Below, one piece after another: positions 49,664-58,086 of a stretch of DNA of 64,000 bases; position 1 is the stretch's first letter, and every line of letters begins with the position of its first letter. Under the pieces are notes generated by a model. The model did no database searches and was not told the DNA's origin. It saw only the letters and a list, made by a program, of their open reading frames with translations. The position numbers and the translations under genes were made by a program. Source of the DNA: a virus; the IMG/VR virus record IMGVR_UViG_3300044984_001443, positions 5,608 through 69,607 of that record; one strand, 5' to 3'.

Positions 49664-51048
49664 ACATCGCATTAGTCTATCATGAAAGTGGTATTCCCGG
49701 AGGTCACTGTGAATACAGTGACGTTCTGTTGCAAGGGTTGAGAGAAAACGGTGCGAATGTTCGTTTCTTTTACATTAGCCCTAATGTGCAAAATAATGGG
49801 GCGCGTGCTGCCCAAAAGAGCGCGTCTCTGAGCGCTACAGCAGGCGTAGACCAAAAGGGCAATAGGTATACCTATGGTAAAAATGTCGAGTGCTTTTACC
49901 ATAGCGAGACAGGGTTTGTAAAAGAGAAAGACTTGTACGGTAACGCATTTTTGGCAAAACAACTGCGTTCTAAATTGAATCAGTTTGATGTGATCATTTG
50001 GCAAGACCTTGGTGGTTTTAAGAATCCTCATAATGAAAAGAATAAGGACTGGTTGAAACTTGTTCAGCGCAGACCGGGGCAGAAACAGATTGCAATGTTC
50101 CACGACCACGGTGCATTTTTGAGATACCCTTGGTTTGACAAGATTCAAGATCAGTTTGACTTCTTGGTAACGGTACATCCTGCGAGTTACAACATGGGTG
50201 CGAACTTTGATATCCCGCGTTGCATGATCTTGAATCCTCAGTTCTTACCTGATGAGGTGGTTTCTAATTGGCGCAATAGAGACAAGATGACAACGATGTC
50301 CATCGGTGCTTGGAAGGGTTCCAAGAAAATGCACGAAGTTGTTATGGCCGTCCCTTGGATGAATCGTGATATCAAAATAGATATGTGTGGCGATGGTACA
50401 GAGCGCCGGTATTTGACTGCAACTGATAAGTGTAAACCTACCTATATTCGTAACAAACAGACCGATCCTAATTTTACAAAAGAAATGTCTCTTGAAGACG
50501 ATCGTTTTTGGAACCATGCACTGAATCACCCTGGATTCAAATGGCACGGCCCGGTGGATGCGGTAACAAGGGACAACCTGTACGACAACTGTTTCATGTT
50601 CGTTGACCCTGCATGGTATTCTGTAAACGCTAAGATCGATGCTCACTTCTCAAGGGTGTTGGTTGAAGCTATGAAGAACGGAATCGTTCCTTTTGCAAGG
50701 GACTTGGGTTTGGGTTATGGTAACGGTACTGGTAGCATGTTTGTTTCAGGAGAGCATTATGTTAATATCCCTTGGAACGCTACGCCAAAACAGTTCGCTG
50801 ACATTGTCAATAGGTTTATGGAAACCATCAATGAAGGTGAGTACGAACGAATTGTTTCTAACAATCTGAAACTAGTCGGTCAAACAGACTATCGATTGAT
50901 TGGTAAGCAATTTATTGAGGCCATTGAGGGTACTGAAACTCCGGGCTATTATGGAAAATGGGAGATCGGTAAAACTTCTGCAAAGTTTAAAGAAGCTTCT
51001 GATAAACAGTGGTATGGCGAGTCCAAAGGTTTTTGTTTTGAAAGGTGA
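49660..51048 (+). CDS. GT-B glycosyltransferase (putative DNA-modifying)
   Basis: MNIALVY..G.PGG, FHDH, SIGAWKGSKK, C-terminal FVDPA...FSRVLVEAMKNGIVP GT-B signature; coupled to polymerase. Confidence 0.7.
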   Translation: MNIALVYHESGIPGGHCEYSDVLLQGLRENGANVRFFYISPNVQNNGARAAQKSASLSATAGVDQKGNRYTYGKNVECFYHSETGFVKEKDLYGNAFLAKQLRSKLNQFDVIIWQDLGGFKNPHNEKNKDWLKLVQRRPGQKQIAMFHDHGAFLRYPWFDKIQDQFDFLVTVHPASYNMGANFDIPRCMILNPQFLPDEVVSNWRNRDKMTTMSIGAWKGSKKMHEVVMAVPWMNRDIKIDMCGDGTERRYLTATDKCKPTYIRNKQTDPNFTKEMSLEDDRFWNHALNHPGFKWHGPVDAVTRDNLYDNCFMFVDPAWYSVNAKIDAHFSRVLVEAMKNGIVPFARDLGLGYGNGTGSMFVSGEHYVNIPWNATPKQFADIVNRFMETINEGEYERIVSNNLKLVGQTDYRLIGKQFIEAIEGTETPGYYGKWEIGKTSAKFKEASDKQWYGESKGFCFER

Positions 51049-51051
51049 GAC

Positions 51052-52029
51052 ATGTACAACAAAACAGCGATGGTTGACTTCGACGACACGTTATCGTTCA
51101 CAACGAACAGAGACTTTGAAAATGCAAGGTGTGACTACGACGTTGTTGCCAAACTTCATCAGTTGAAAGCACTAGGTTGGACAATTGTTATACAGACGGC
51201 AAGGGGTTATCTTTCTTGCAACGGTGATCGCGCTGCTGCTGATAAGAAGTACCGTGGTCAAATAGAATCATGGTTGAAACAACATGGTGTTCCTTACGAT
51301 GAGCTCACGTTTGAAAAACGCCTTGCCCAACTTTACATTGATGACAAAGCAATGACCCCTGAATCTTTTAAAGATACGGTTTTCACCGAAGAAAAAGGGT
51401 TGTCAGGGGCATATGTAATACGAATTGGTAATCGTATTCATAAGACCTCACCAACTGTAAAGAAAGAAGCCGCGTGGTATGACAAAGCAGGTGGGTTCTA
51501 TGTACCTGATAATCGCATCTTGTGTGGCGAAACCTTGTCAATGGATTTCATTCCGACAAACTCTGGTTACAAGTGGTATCCGATACTAGATGTGTTAGAT
51601 ACGATGTCAATGACAGAAGTCGATTGTAAAGATTGGTCGCATTACATCGATCGTTTGAAAGACCACGCCTCGTTAGCGGGTCTAGACTGCTCAAAAATTG
51701 AGCAACTCGGTATGAAATTTGAAACTAGAGCGAACGAACATCGGAGTTTTTGCCACGGTGACTTCTCTATTGACAATATTATCTGGTTTAACGAACTACC
51801 TTATCTGATTGATCCAATTGATATGAGCGATTCATATTCTTCGTGGGTGCTTGACTACAGTAAACTGATTCAATCTGCTGAACGTGCAGGGGTTGTTATC
51901 AAGACTGAACCACTGTTATCGCAGGATTTCTTAGGTTTCCTTGTGATGAGTCATTGGTTACGCTTGATCAAATATGTTTCAGGTGATCTGAAAGAACGCG
52001 CCATTTTGAAAGTGAAGGTATATGTTTAA
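51052..52029 (+). CDS. fusion of HAD phosphatase (capsule-biosynthesis EcbF/BcbF-like) and APH/choline-kinase-like kinase
   Basis: N-terminal DFDDT, QTARG, WLKQHGVPYDEL.FEK, YIDDKA; C-terminal CHGDFSIDNII..YLIDP. Confidence 0.75.
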   Translation: MYNKTAMVDFDDTLSFTTNRDFENARCDYDVVAKLHQLKALGWTIVIQTARGYLSCNGDRAAADKKYRGQIESWLKQHGVPYDELTFEKRLAQLYIDDKAMTPESFKDTVFTEEKGLSGAYVIRIGNRIHKTSPTVKKEAAWYDKAGGFYVPDNRILCGETLSMDFIPTNSGYKWYPILDVLDTMSMTEVDCKDWSHYIDRLKDHASLAGLDCSKIEQLGMKFETRANEHRSFCHGDFSIDNIIWFNELPYLIDPIDMSDSYSSWVLDYSKLIQSAERAGVVIKTEPLLSQDFLGFLVMSHWLRLIKYVSGDLKERAILKVKVYV

Positions 52030-52456
52030 GAACGCTAGAGCGCTAGGATTGAAAATTGGATTCACCTGCTCAACTTTTGATCTTCTTCACGCAGGTCATA
52101 TTGCAATGCTTGAAGAGGCCAAAGAACAATGCGAATTCTTGATTGTAGGTCTATTGTCTGACCCTACTATCGACAGACCTGATACGAAGAACAAACCTGT
52201 TCAGTCGTTGTTTGAAAGGTGGTTGCAGTTGCAAAGTGTGCGATACGTCGATATGATTGTACCGTTTTCAAATGAAAAGGACATTGTCGACATGTTGTTG
52301 ATAATTAGACCGGACGTTAGGATAGTGGGTGAAGAGTATCGCGGGACAAACTTCACAGGGCACGATCTTCCGATAGAATTGTATTTTAACAAACGCGAAC
52401 ATAGCTTCAGTTCATCCGAACTCAGATGTCGCGTTGTAAATGGAGAAAAGAAATGA
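52022..52456 (+). CDS. tagD: glycerol-3-phosphate cytidylyltransferase-like (HxGH nucleotidyltransferase)
   Basis: FTCSTFDLLHAGH, LIVGL..DPTIDRP..KNKPVQSL.ER, R.HSFSSSELR. Confidence 0.85.
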   Translation: MFKNARALGLKIGFTCSTFDLLHAGHIAMLEEAKEQCEFLIVGLLSDPTIDRPDTKNKPVQSLFERWLQLQSVRYVDMIVPFSNEKDIVDMLLIIRPDVRIVGEEYRGTNFTGHDLPIELYFNKREHSFSSSELRCRVVNGEKK

Positions 52457-53187
52457 ACCCTGTTCCGCATTATACATGGAGTTTCAGTAGCTTAGGTCTC
52501 TTCGAGTGTCCCCGTAAGTACGAGTTGCTCCGCGCAAAACGGTTGATCGAAGTACCGAAGTCAGAAGCTGGTAACGAAGGTGCGCGGTTACATGAATTGA
52601 TTGAAGCGTATATCAAGGGTGGTGAACTTGATCCCGATATTACCCGGTGGAAGCGCATCCTTGATGTCTACAAGGCAAAGGACGGAAAGTGCGAAGAGGA
52701 ATATGCGTTCAAGTGGGAGAATAGCGGGACACTTGGTGAATTTATGGACGGCACAAACGAACGCAAACTTGTACGTTGCAGAGCCGACGACCCCGACAGG
52801 TATTACCTCGGTTACATCGATTGGATGAAGATTGACGGTAACAAGTGTGAAATTGCTGACTGGAAGACTGGTAAGGTCAAGGTGACGAAGCAGTTGCAGC
52901 TATACGCATGGGTCGTTATGCTCGCACACCCTGAAGTTGACACGGTAAAGGTCACATTCCACTTCTTGAACTATAACGACCAAGTGAGTGATTGGTTCTA
53001 CCGTAAAGACATGGACAAGATGTTCAAATACTTCAAGGACATTCTTGAAGAGATTGACAACTGTTATCGCACCGATGTTTGGTTTGAAATCCCTGGAGAT
53101 ATAGTCAAGAAGACCGGACGCGGGCAACACTGTTCGTACTGCCCTGCAACATTGGAACACTGTTCACATGGAAAGGAGACGTTTTGA
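52453..53187 (+). CDS. PD-(D/E)XK exonuclease (Cas4/RecB-like)
   Basis: WSFSSL..FECP, G.RLHE..E, GYID, ADWKTGK, QLQLYA, C..CP. Confidence 0.85.
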   Translation: MNPVPHYTWSFSSLGLFECPRKYELLRAKRLIEVPKSEAGNEGARLHELIEAYIKGGELDPDITRWKRILDVYKAKDGKCEEEYAFKWENSGTLGEFMDGTNERKLVRCRADDPDRYYLGYIDWMKIDGNKCEIADWKTGKVKVTKQLQLYAWVVMLAHPEVDTVKVTFHFLNYNDQVSDWFYRKDMDKMFKYFKDILEEIDNCYRTDVWFEIPGDIVKKTGRGQHCSYCPATLEHCSHGKETF

Positions 53188-53417
53188 AACAGACGAATAG
53201 TCTCAATCTTAATCGCTTCATAAATGCAGATAAGAAGCGTCGTAATTTACTTTCTCTTCTCCCTGATCAATTCACACCCGTACAGGCGGTTGAAAAGTGG
53301 GGTATGTCAAGAGCCAATGTTGACGCAATGACGCAAAAGATGAGGTGGTACAATTTGATTGTACCGAATGAAGGTAAGAAAGGTCGTATTTTCACCAAAG
53401 TAAAGGAACGACTATGA
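53184..53417 (+). CDS. small winged-helix-like protein
   Basis: LPDQFT...WGMS......KM...NLI......GRIFTKV; similar to 54072 and 55823. Confidence 0.55.
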   Translation: MKQTNSLNLNRFINADKKRRNLLSLLPDQFTPVQAVEKWGMSRANVDAMTQKMRWYNLIVPNEGKKGRIFTKVKERL

Positions 53418-53620
53418 GTGTCACTTATACTTGTGATGTTTTCTGTGACAGATGTGGAGACTGGACACATGGGCTTTGTTCAGATAAACCGACAGGTTTG
53501 GCAAGCAAGGCGTTGAAGATTGCAAAGAAGGAAGGTTGGTCTCGTGATGTTAAATCAACGTTCTTAGACCTATGTCCAAACTGTCTTAATGAATTTAGAA
53601 AGGAAGAAAATGGAAATTAA
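53414..53620 (+). CDS. Zn-finger protein
   Basis: FCDRC...AKKEGW...DLCPNC. Confidence 0.65.
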   Translation: MSVTYTCDVFCDRCGDWTHGLCSDKPTGLASKALKIAKKEGWSRDVKSTFLDLCPNCLNEFRKEENGN

Positions 53621-54075
53621 GTTCTTAGATAAGAGGTTGGCTGAGTTCAAACCTTCAACCAAGTTGGCAGCAGGTTACGATCTTCGTGCTTGCATTGACA
53701 AAGATGTGTGGATTCCACCGGGAGGGCAGGAGAAGATTCCTACGGGGGGTTGCAATGGATATTTCAACTTTGATCGACGATGAAGAAAAGGTTGAAGAAA
53801 TCGTTCCTTGTGCCATCATCATGCCGCGTTCTGGCCTCGGTTGCAAAGGTGTAAAGCCTCGCAATACACCCGGCTTGATTGATGCTGACTATCAAGGTGA
53901 GATCATTGTCTGCTTATACAACGAAGGAAACGATTCAGTTCATATTCAACCGATGGACCGCATTGCACAACTCGTATTCACCCTTGCAATCCACCCGGTA
54001 ATGCAGCAAGTTCAAGAGTTCAGCAATGCGACTGAGCGCGGTGCAAATGGATTCGGAAGTACGGGGAAGCAGTGA
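53610..54075 (+). pseudogene. dut: trimeric dUTPase split by a +1 frameshift in a G6 run (53744-53749)
   Basis: frame 1: AAGYDLRA...KIPTG; frame 2: VAM...PRSGLG, GLIDADYQGEI, DRIAQL, ERGANGFGSTG; removing one G restores PTGVAM. Confidence 0.85.
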
Positions 54076-54311
54076 TGCCATTTAACTTTTCAGGTATGAC
54101 GAAGTTGTCAGGTGATGCAGAAAAGATGAGTCTTTCTTGTTTGAAACTTGTTAAAGATGAGTTCACTCGTAAAGACTTCATTGAAGCGGGTAATCTTAAA
54201 CCGAGCACTGCAACAAAGTATCTTCATCATTTGATAGGCGCAGGTAAGATTAAAGAAACGTCTGCTTACAAGACGCCAAGGACGTATATTAAGGTTGCGG
54301 CAGACGGCTAA
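54072..54311 (+). CDS. small winged-helix-like protein
   Basis: KDEFTRKDF...NLKPSTATKYLHHLIGAGKI......PRTYIKV. Confidence 0.6.
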   Translation: MMPFNFSGMTKLSGDAEKMSLSCLKLVKDEFTRKDFIEAGNLKPSTATKYLHHLIGAGKIKETSAYKTPRTYIKVAADG

Positions 54312-54324
54312 CGTGTAGCACAAT
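54295..54324 (+). promoter_or_regulatory. sigma70-like promoter TTGCGG-18-CACAAT
   Basis: hexamers, interrupted inverted repeat, GA/TC-free downstream. Confidence 0.5.
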
Positions 54325-54366
54325 ACACCTGCCGCACTTTTACGGCTTACATATAGGGTGTATAGC

Positions 54367-54576
54367 ATGACACGCAACGAAATTGAAAGCTGGTTACTTG
54401 AAAAGCTGGAAAGTCAAATTGCAAAAGCCAAAGTAGCAATGGAAAAGGTACTGACCCATCTTAATCTACACGACTGGCGTGCAGCAAGTGACGCACATCG
54501 TGAGATTGATTACTGGCTCAGTCGGTGCAAGAATACTCAGAGACTTATTGACGAACTTGACGAGGTGACGAAATGA
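54367..54576 (+). CDS. hypothetical protein
   Basis: ORF after promoter; AGGG RBS. Confidence 0.55.
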   Translation: MTRNEIESWLLEKLESQIAKAKVAMEKVLTHLNLHDWRAASDAHREIDYWLSRCKNTQRLIDELDEVTK

Positions 54577-54758
54577 AATTCACTGTCTGCGAACATAAAG
54601 GTAACTCCCGCGTTGCATTGTTGTCTGAGAATGATGACCCTAAAGATTGGAATGCAAACGGGCAAGAGATTGAAGCTACCGACTGGCAAGAAGCCCGCAA
54701 CAAGGTTGACATGTCGAACATCTGGGAATCTCCGTATGGGGAATATTTCTATGTCTGA
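54573..54758 (+). CDS. hypothetical protein
   Basis: GAGG RBS, ATGA overlap. Confidence 0.55.
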   Translation: MKFTVCEHKGNSRVALLSENDDPKDWNANGQEIEATDWQEARNKVDMSNIWESPYGEYFYV

Positions 54759-54915
54759 TAACCCTGACCACATGGATTTAATTACTGAGAATCAACAGTT
54801 GCGCGAGATTCTAGAAGAAATTCGTCAAAGGTTGGTACTTGATCTTCCTATTAACGATAGCGATATTCCCGAATTGATCGATATAATTCTCGGTTACGCG
54901 GAGGAAGAAGAATGA
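54751..54915 (+). CDS. hypothetical acidic protein
   Basis: ORF overlapping neighbours. Confidence 0.5.
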   Translation: MSDNPDHMDLITENQQLREILEEIRQRLVLDLPINDSDIPELIDIILGYAEEEE

Positions 54916-55826
54916 AACAGTTTAAACCTATGCTCGCTAGTCCTGCTGACATGAGTAAGTTACGCTTTCCGCTTTGGCTCAGCCCGAAGTTGGATGGTAT
55001 CCGTGCTCTAGTCATCAATGGTGTTGTGATGAGCCGCAGTCTCAAGCCGATACCAAATCAACATGTTCAAGAACTATTTGGTCATCTTGAAGGTTACGAC
55101 GGTGAACTGATTGTTGGCTCACCAACTGACAAAGATTGCTTCCGCAATACAACGTCAGGCGTAATGTCACGCGACGGTAAACCTGATGTCAATTACCATG
55201 TCTTTGATCGGCATGATTTGATCGACACACCTTGGAATTCTAGATTCTGCTCTATTACAACTTCTTCCAAAGTCTTTCTTGTTCCACATTACGATGTTCA
55301 TAGTCTTGAAGAGATAGAAAATGAAGAATTGGGCCATTTAGATATGGGTTACGAAGGTGTCATGCTTCGTGATCCTAATGGTCCATACAAGAACGGTCGG
55401 TCAACTGCGAAGGAAGGTTGGTTGTTGAAAGTCAAGCGGTTTGAGGACAGTGAAGCCCTTGTGCTCGGTATGGAAGAGAAATTGCACAATGGGAACGAGG
55501 CAACGGTCGGCGAACTTGGGCAGACCAAGCGAACCTCACATCAGGAAAACCTCGTACCGCTGAATACGATGGGTGCGTTGATTGTGCGTGACCTGAAGAC
55601 TGGGACGCAGTTCAACATCGGGACAGGGTTTACCGATGAAGAACGTGCTTGGTGGTGGAAGTTCTTCGGCAATCAAACCGATGACTTCAAAATGAACAAC
55701 GGCGCTTGGTGTAGGTTGGTGAAATATCCAAGTGAAGTTGTCAAGTACAAATACTTCGCACAAGGAAGTAAAGATAAACCTCGCTTTCCTGCGTATCTCG
55801 GCTTGCGCCACAAGGAGGACATGTGA
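54912..55826 (+). CDS. ATP-dependent DNA ligase
   Basis: SPKLDGIR (motif I), YDGEL, VFD, EGVMLR, LLKVKRFEDSE, IGTGF, PRFP. Confidence 0.92.
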   Translation: MKQFKPMLASPADMSKLRFPLWLSPKLDGIRALVINGVVMSRSLKPIPNQHVQELFGHLEGYDGELIVGSPTDKDCFRNTTSGVMSRDGKPDVNYHVFDRHDLIDTPWNSRFCSITTSSKVFLVPHYDVHSLEEIENEELGHLDMGYEGVMLRDPNGPYKNGRSTAKEGWLLKVKRFEDSEALVLGMEEKLHNGNEATVGELGQTKRTSHQENLVPLNTMGALIVRDLKTGTQFNIGTGFTDEERAWWWKFFGNQTDDFKMNNGAWCRLVKYPSEVVKYKYFAQGSKDKPRFPAYLGLRHKEDM

Positions 55827-56125
55827 TGTCCAACCGTAAACGCGGCGAGGCCCACGCCGAGCGGGTCACGATGCTGGCCGAGATGCCCGATGGGTTCTCG
55901 ATCTGGGAGTTTGCAGATCACTTTGGGCTGAAGTACCAGCAAGCTCGTCACACCATCAACGCTATGGAACACAGCGGGCTTATCACCAAAACCGGTCCTC
56001 ACAGCGGACGCATATTCAGAAAGGTTGTAAGTGTTGACACTCGTACTCTCGATATTCCTTACTTCAACCCCTCCGCCACCTCAACCCCCACAGGGTTGGC
56101 TGGATTGTTCTTTCGATATTCATAA
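55823..56125 (+). CDS. small winged-helix-like protein
   Basis: MPDGFSIWEFADHFGLKYQQARHTINAMEHSGLI......GRIFRKV. Confidence 0.6.
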   Translation: MMSNRKRGEAHAERVTMLAEMPDGFSIWEFADHFGLKYQQARHTINAMEHSGLITKTGPHSGRIFRKVVSVDTRTLDIPYFNPSATSTPTGLAGLFFRYS

Positions 56126-56143
56126 CAACTATCGGTGCAAACC

Positions 56144-56317
56144 ATGACCTGGAAGATTCATCATTACGAACCTGAAACCCGGTGGTGTTCTTCTTGTAGG
56201 AACACCAAGATTGCGAAGGGTGGTGAGTTCATCACCTATAACAATGGTCTTAATCGGAAATGGATATGCTATGACTGTCGAATCGATAAAAGCGCAGATA
56301 GACCAGTTAGCGAATGA
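56144..56317 (+). CDS. small Zn-binding protein
   Basis: WCSSC...WICYDC. Confidence 0.5.
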   Translation: MTWKIHHYEPETRWCSSCRNTKIAKGGEFITYNNGLNRKWICYDCRIDKSADRPVSE

Positions 56318-56564
56318 TTGCTACGAAGATGGTTGGAAAGATTGTAAGGAGAACCTTTCTTTACAACCTTTTGAACCTGAAAGAACTGAGCGACTAGAGC
56401 GTGAGTGTAAAGAATTAGCTGCAAAGAATCGTATTCAAGCTAAGAAGCTGAACTTAGCAGTGAAGTTACTACGATCAGCGCAAGCGTCCGAATGCGGACA
56501 ACTTGGTCAGTACGACAGGTTCTTTCAAGAAGGTTACGAAGTCGGGTTTGAGGAACAGGCTTGA
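56271..56564 (+). CDS. hypothetical protein
   Basis: ORF, coiled-coil-like. Confidence 0.5.
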   Translation: MTVESIKAQIDQLANDCYEDGWKDCKENLSLQPFEPERTERLERECKELAAKNRIQAKKLNLAVKLLRSAQASECGQLGQYDRFFQEGYEVGFEEQA

Positions 56565-56637
56565 TCAACGGGTCGCCCAACTTTTCCGAAAGGAGAAGCT
56601 GATACCGGGATGCTTGGCGACCCACCCTTTAAAATAG

Positions 56638-56665
56638 TTGCTAATGATTTTAAATGCTGTAAACT
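56638..56665 (+). promoter_or_regulatory. sigma70-like promoter TTGCTA-16-TAAACT
   Basis: hexamers; family member. Confidence 0.55.
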
Positions 56666-56799
56666 TGTAACTGCGCTGCTTAGTTATTAGAGCAATGCCG
56701 CCTTCTTCGGTTCGTATGCTTGGGGCGTTAAATGAAGAAACGGACGTATCTCAACCCAAGACCTGTCCAATAGGAAGGTCGAACATAAGGAGTTTCGAA

Positions 56800-57285
56800 A
56801 TGAAACTCGTTAAGATCTTAGCTGAAAATTGGTTCAAAAACGCCCCGTTCCATGAAGTGAAAATGGTCGGTATCAAACATCTTGGCATCCCCGCTGAGAA
56901 GTTTGAGAACAAGCAACCTGAAGGATTCAAACGGGCGCTTGTGCGGCAGACGTTCAATGCAGGTCATGAATACGGTGAGGAGTTCGAAATTATCGAACCG
57001 CCGAATCCTTTTGGAACCCCCGGTAAGCGCAAGACAGGTAGTGAGAATTACGAATATTCGTTTGTAAGAAACGGTCTTCGTCTTCCACATACAGATTTCC
57101 GTTGGGAAATGTTGGCGGTGATTGCTCGTAACACCTCCTGGAAAGATGCTGTTGCCGATTGGGAAACAGATCATAAGCCCAATGAACGATATGTGAAACC
57201 TACTGAAAAGAAAACAACGGTTTCTTTTAAAGAACAGATCGCCTTTGCTCTGAAGCAAGGCTGGATCATCAAGACTGGAGAATGA
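56800..57285 (+). CDS. hypothetical protein
   Basis: TAAGGAG RBS before ATG 56800. Confidence 0.7.
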   Translation: MKLVKILAENWFKNAPFHEVKMVGIKHLGIPAEKFENKQPEGFKRALVRQTFNAGHEYGEEFEIIEPPNPFGTPGKRKTGSENYEYSFVRNGLRLPHTDFRWEMLAVIARNTSWKDAVADWETDHKPNERYVKPTEKKTTVSFKEQIAFALKQGWIIKTGE

Positions 57286-57288
57286 ATC

Positions 57289-57504
57289 ATGCTCTACAAC
57301 ATCTACAAACAAAATATCCCTTCAGTCATCGCCAAGAGTAAGAGCAATTATACAAAGATGTTCGAAGCTGATCTTCAATTAGTCGACACCATCTACGTTG
57401 AACGTGGTTGTCCGTTTGATGCAGCGAAAGCAAAAGGTTACATTCACCCGGTAATCGAAGCCGTCAATGGATATCACCCTGAAACAGGGAAACCGTTAAA
57501 ATGA
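57289..57504 (+). CDS. hypothetical protein
   Basis: ORF with GGAG RBS. Confidence 0.55.
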   Translation: MLYNIYKQNIPSVIAKSKSNYTKMFEADLQLVDTIYVERGCPFDAAKAKGYIHPVIEAVNGYHPETGKPLK

Positions 57505-57749
57505 AATTCTCTCCTGATACGTTAAGTGTGATCATTCAGGTTGTCAACGCTATTGCACCCGATGCAATGGATATTTGCGAAGCGAATGATGAGTTGATTG
57601 AAATGGCGATCGATGCCAACCGGCCGAGCACCTTCTGCGGTACGAAAGGTGAGGAAGCTGAACTTGAGATCACCGCGCTCATCAAAGAACACGGTTACGA
57701 GGTTGTTCTTGAGCACTTGTCAAAGCAACGTAATCTGCAGTTTATTTAG
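57501..57749 (+). CDS. hypothetical protein
   Basis: ATGA overlap with upstream ORF. Confidence 0.6.
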   Translation: MKFSPDTLSVIIQVVNAIAPDAMDICEANDELIEMAIDANRPSTFCGTKGEEAELEITALIKEHGYEVVLEHLSKQRNLQFI

Positions 57750-57750
57750 C

Positions 57751-57795
57751 TTGTTAATGAACTTACGGCATGGCACTATTTGCTTGCCGTAAGTT
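57751..57795 (+). promoter_or_regulatory. sigma70-like promoter TTGTTA-17-CACTAT, -10 in loop of an 11-bp inverted repeat
   Basis: AACTTACGGCA/TGCCGTAAGTT arms. Confidence 0.65.
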
Positions 57796-57821
57796 TACGG
57801 CCAACCATATAGGAGCTAGAA

Positions 57822-58040
57822 ATGAAATTCGGAATGCGTATCAGTTACAATCAATACTTGGTCATGGACCAAGCGACCTTCAACAAACTCACTGAAGTGC
57901 TGAGCAAGTCTGAAGTCCGTTATCAAAACGGTTATGGTGCTGACGCACTGTTCACACCTGACCAGATGGAAATTGCTATCGCAACCATCAAGGAGCATCA
58001 GTTGGTTGACGCTCTTCCTTCTGTTGAACCTGCTGAATAA
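57822..58040 (+). CDS. hypothetical protein
   Basis: AGGAG RBS. Confidence 0.65.
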   Translation: MKFGMRISYNQYLVMDQATFNKLTEVLSKSEVRYQNGYGADALFTPDQMEIAIATIKEHQLVDALPSVEPAE

Positions 58041-58086
58041 CTTTCCGCCGGAGGCGTAACAACCTCCGGCACTTAGGAGAAATGAA

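Noticed and set aside
44273-52456. 7-deazaguanine or hmC pathway as the cause of GA/TC depletion
   Set aside because: No folE/queC/queD/queE/dpdA-like genes; the ThyA homolog has Asn, not the Asp of dCMP hydroxymethylases
52453-53187. CRISPR-associated Cas4 or CRISPR array
   Set aside because: No repeat-spacer array or other cas genes seen; ordinary phage PD-(D/E)XK exonuclease
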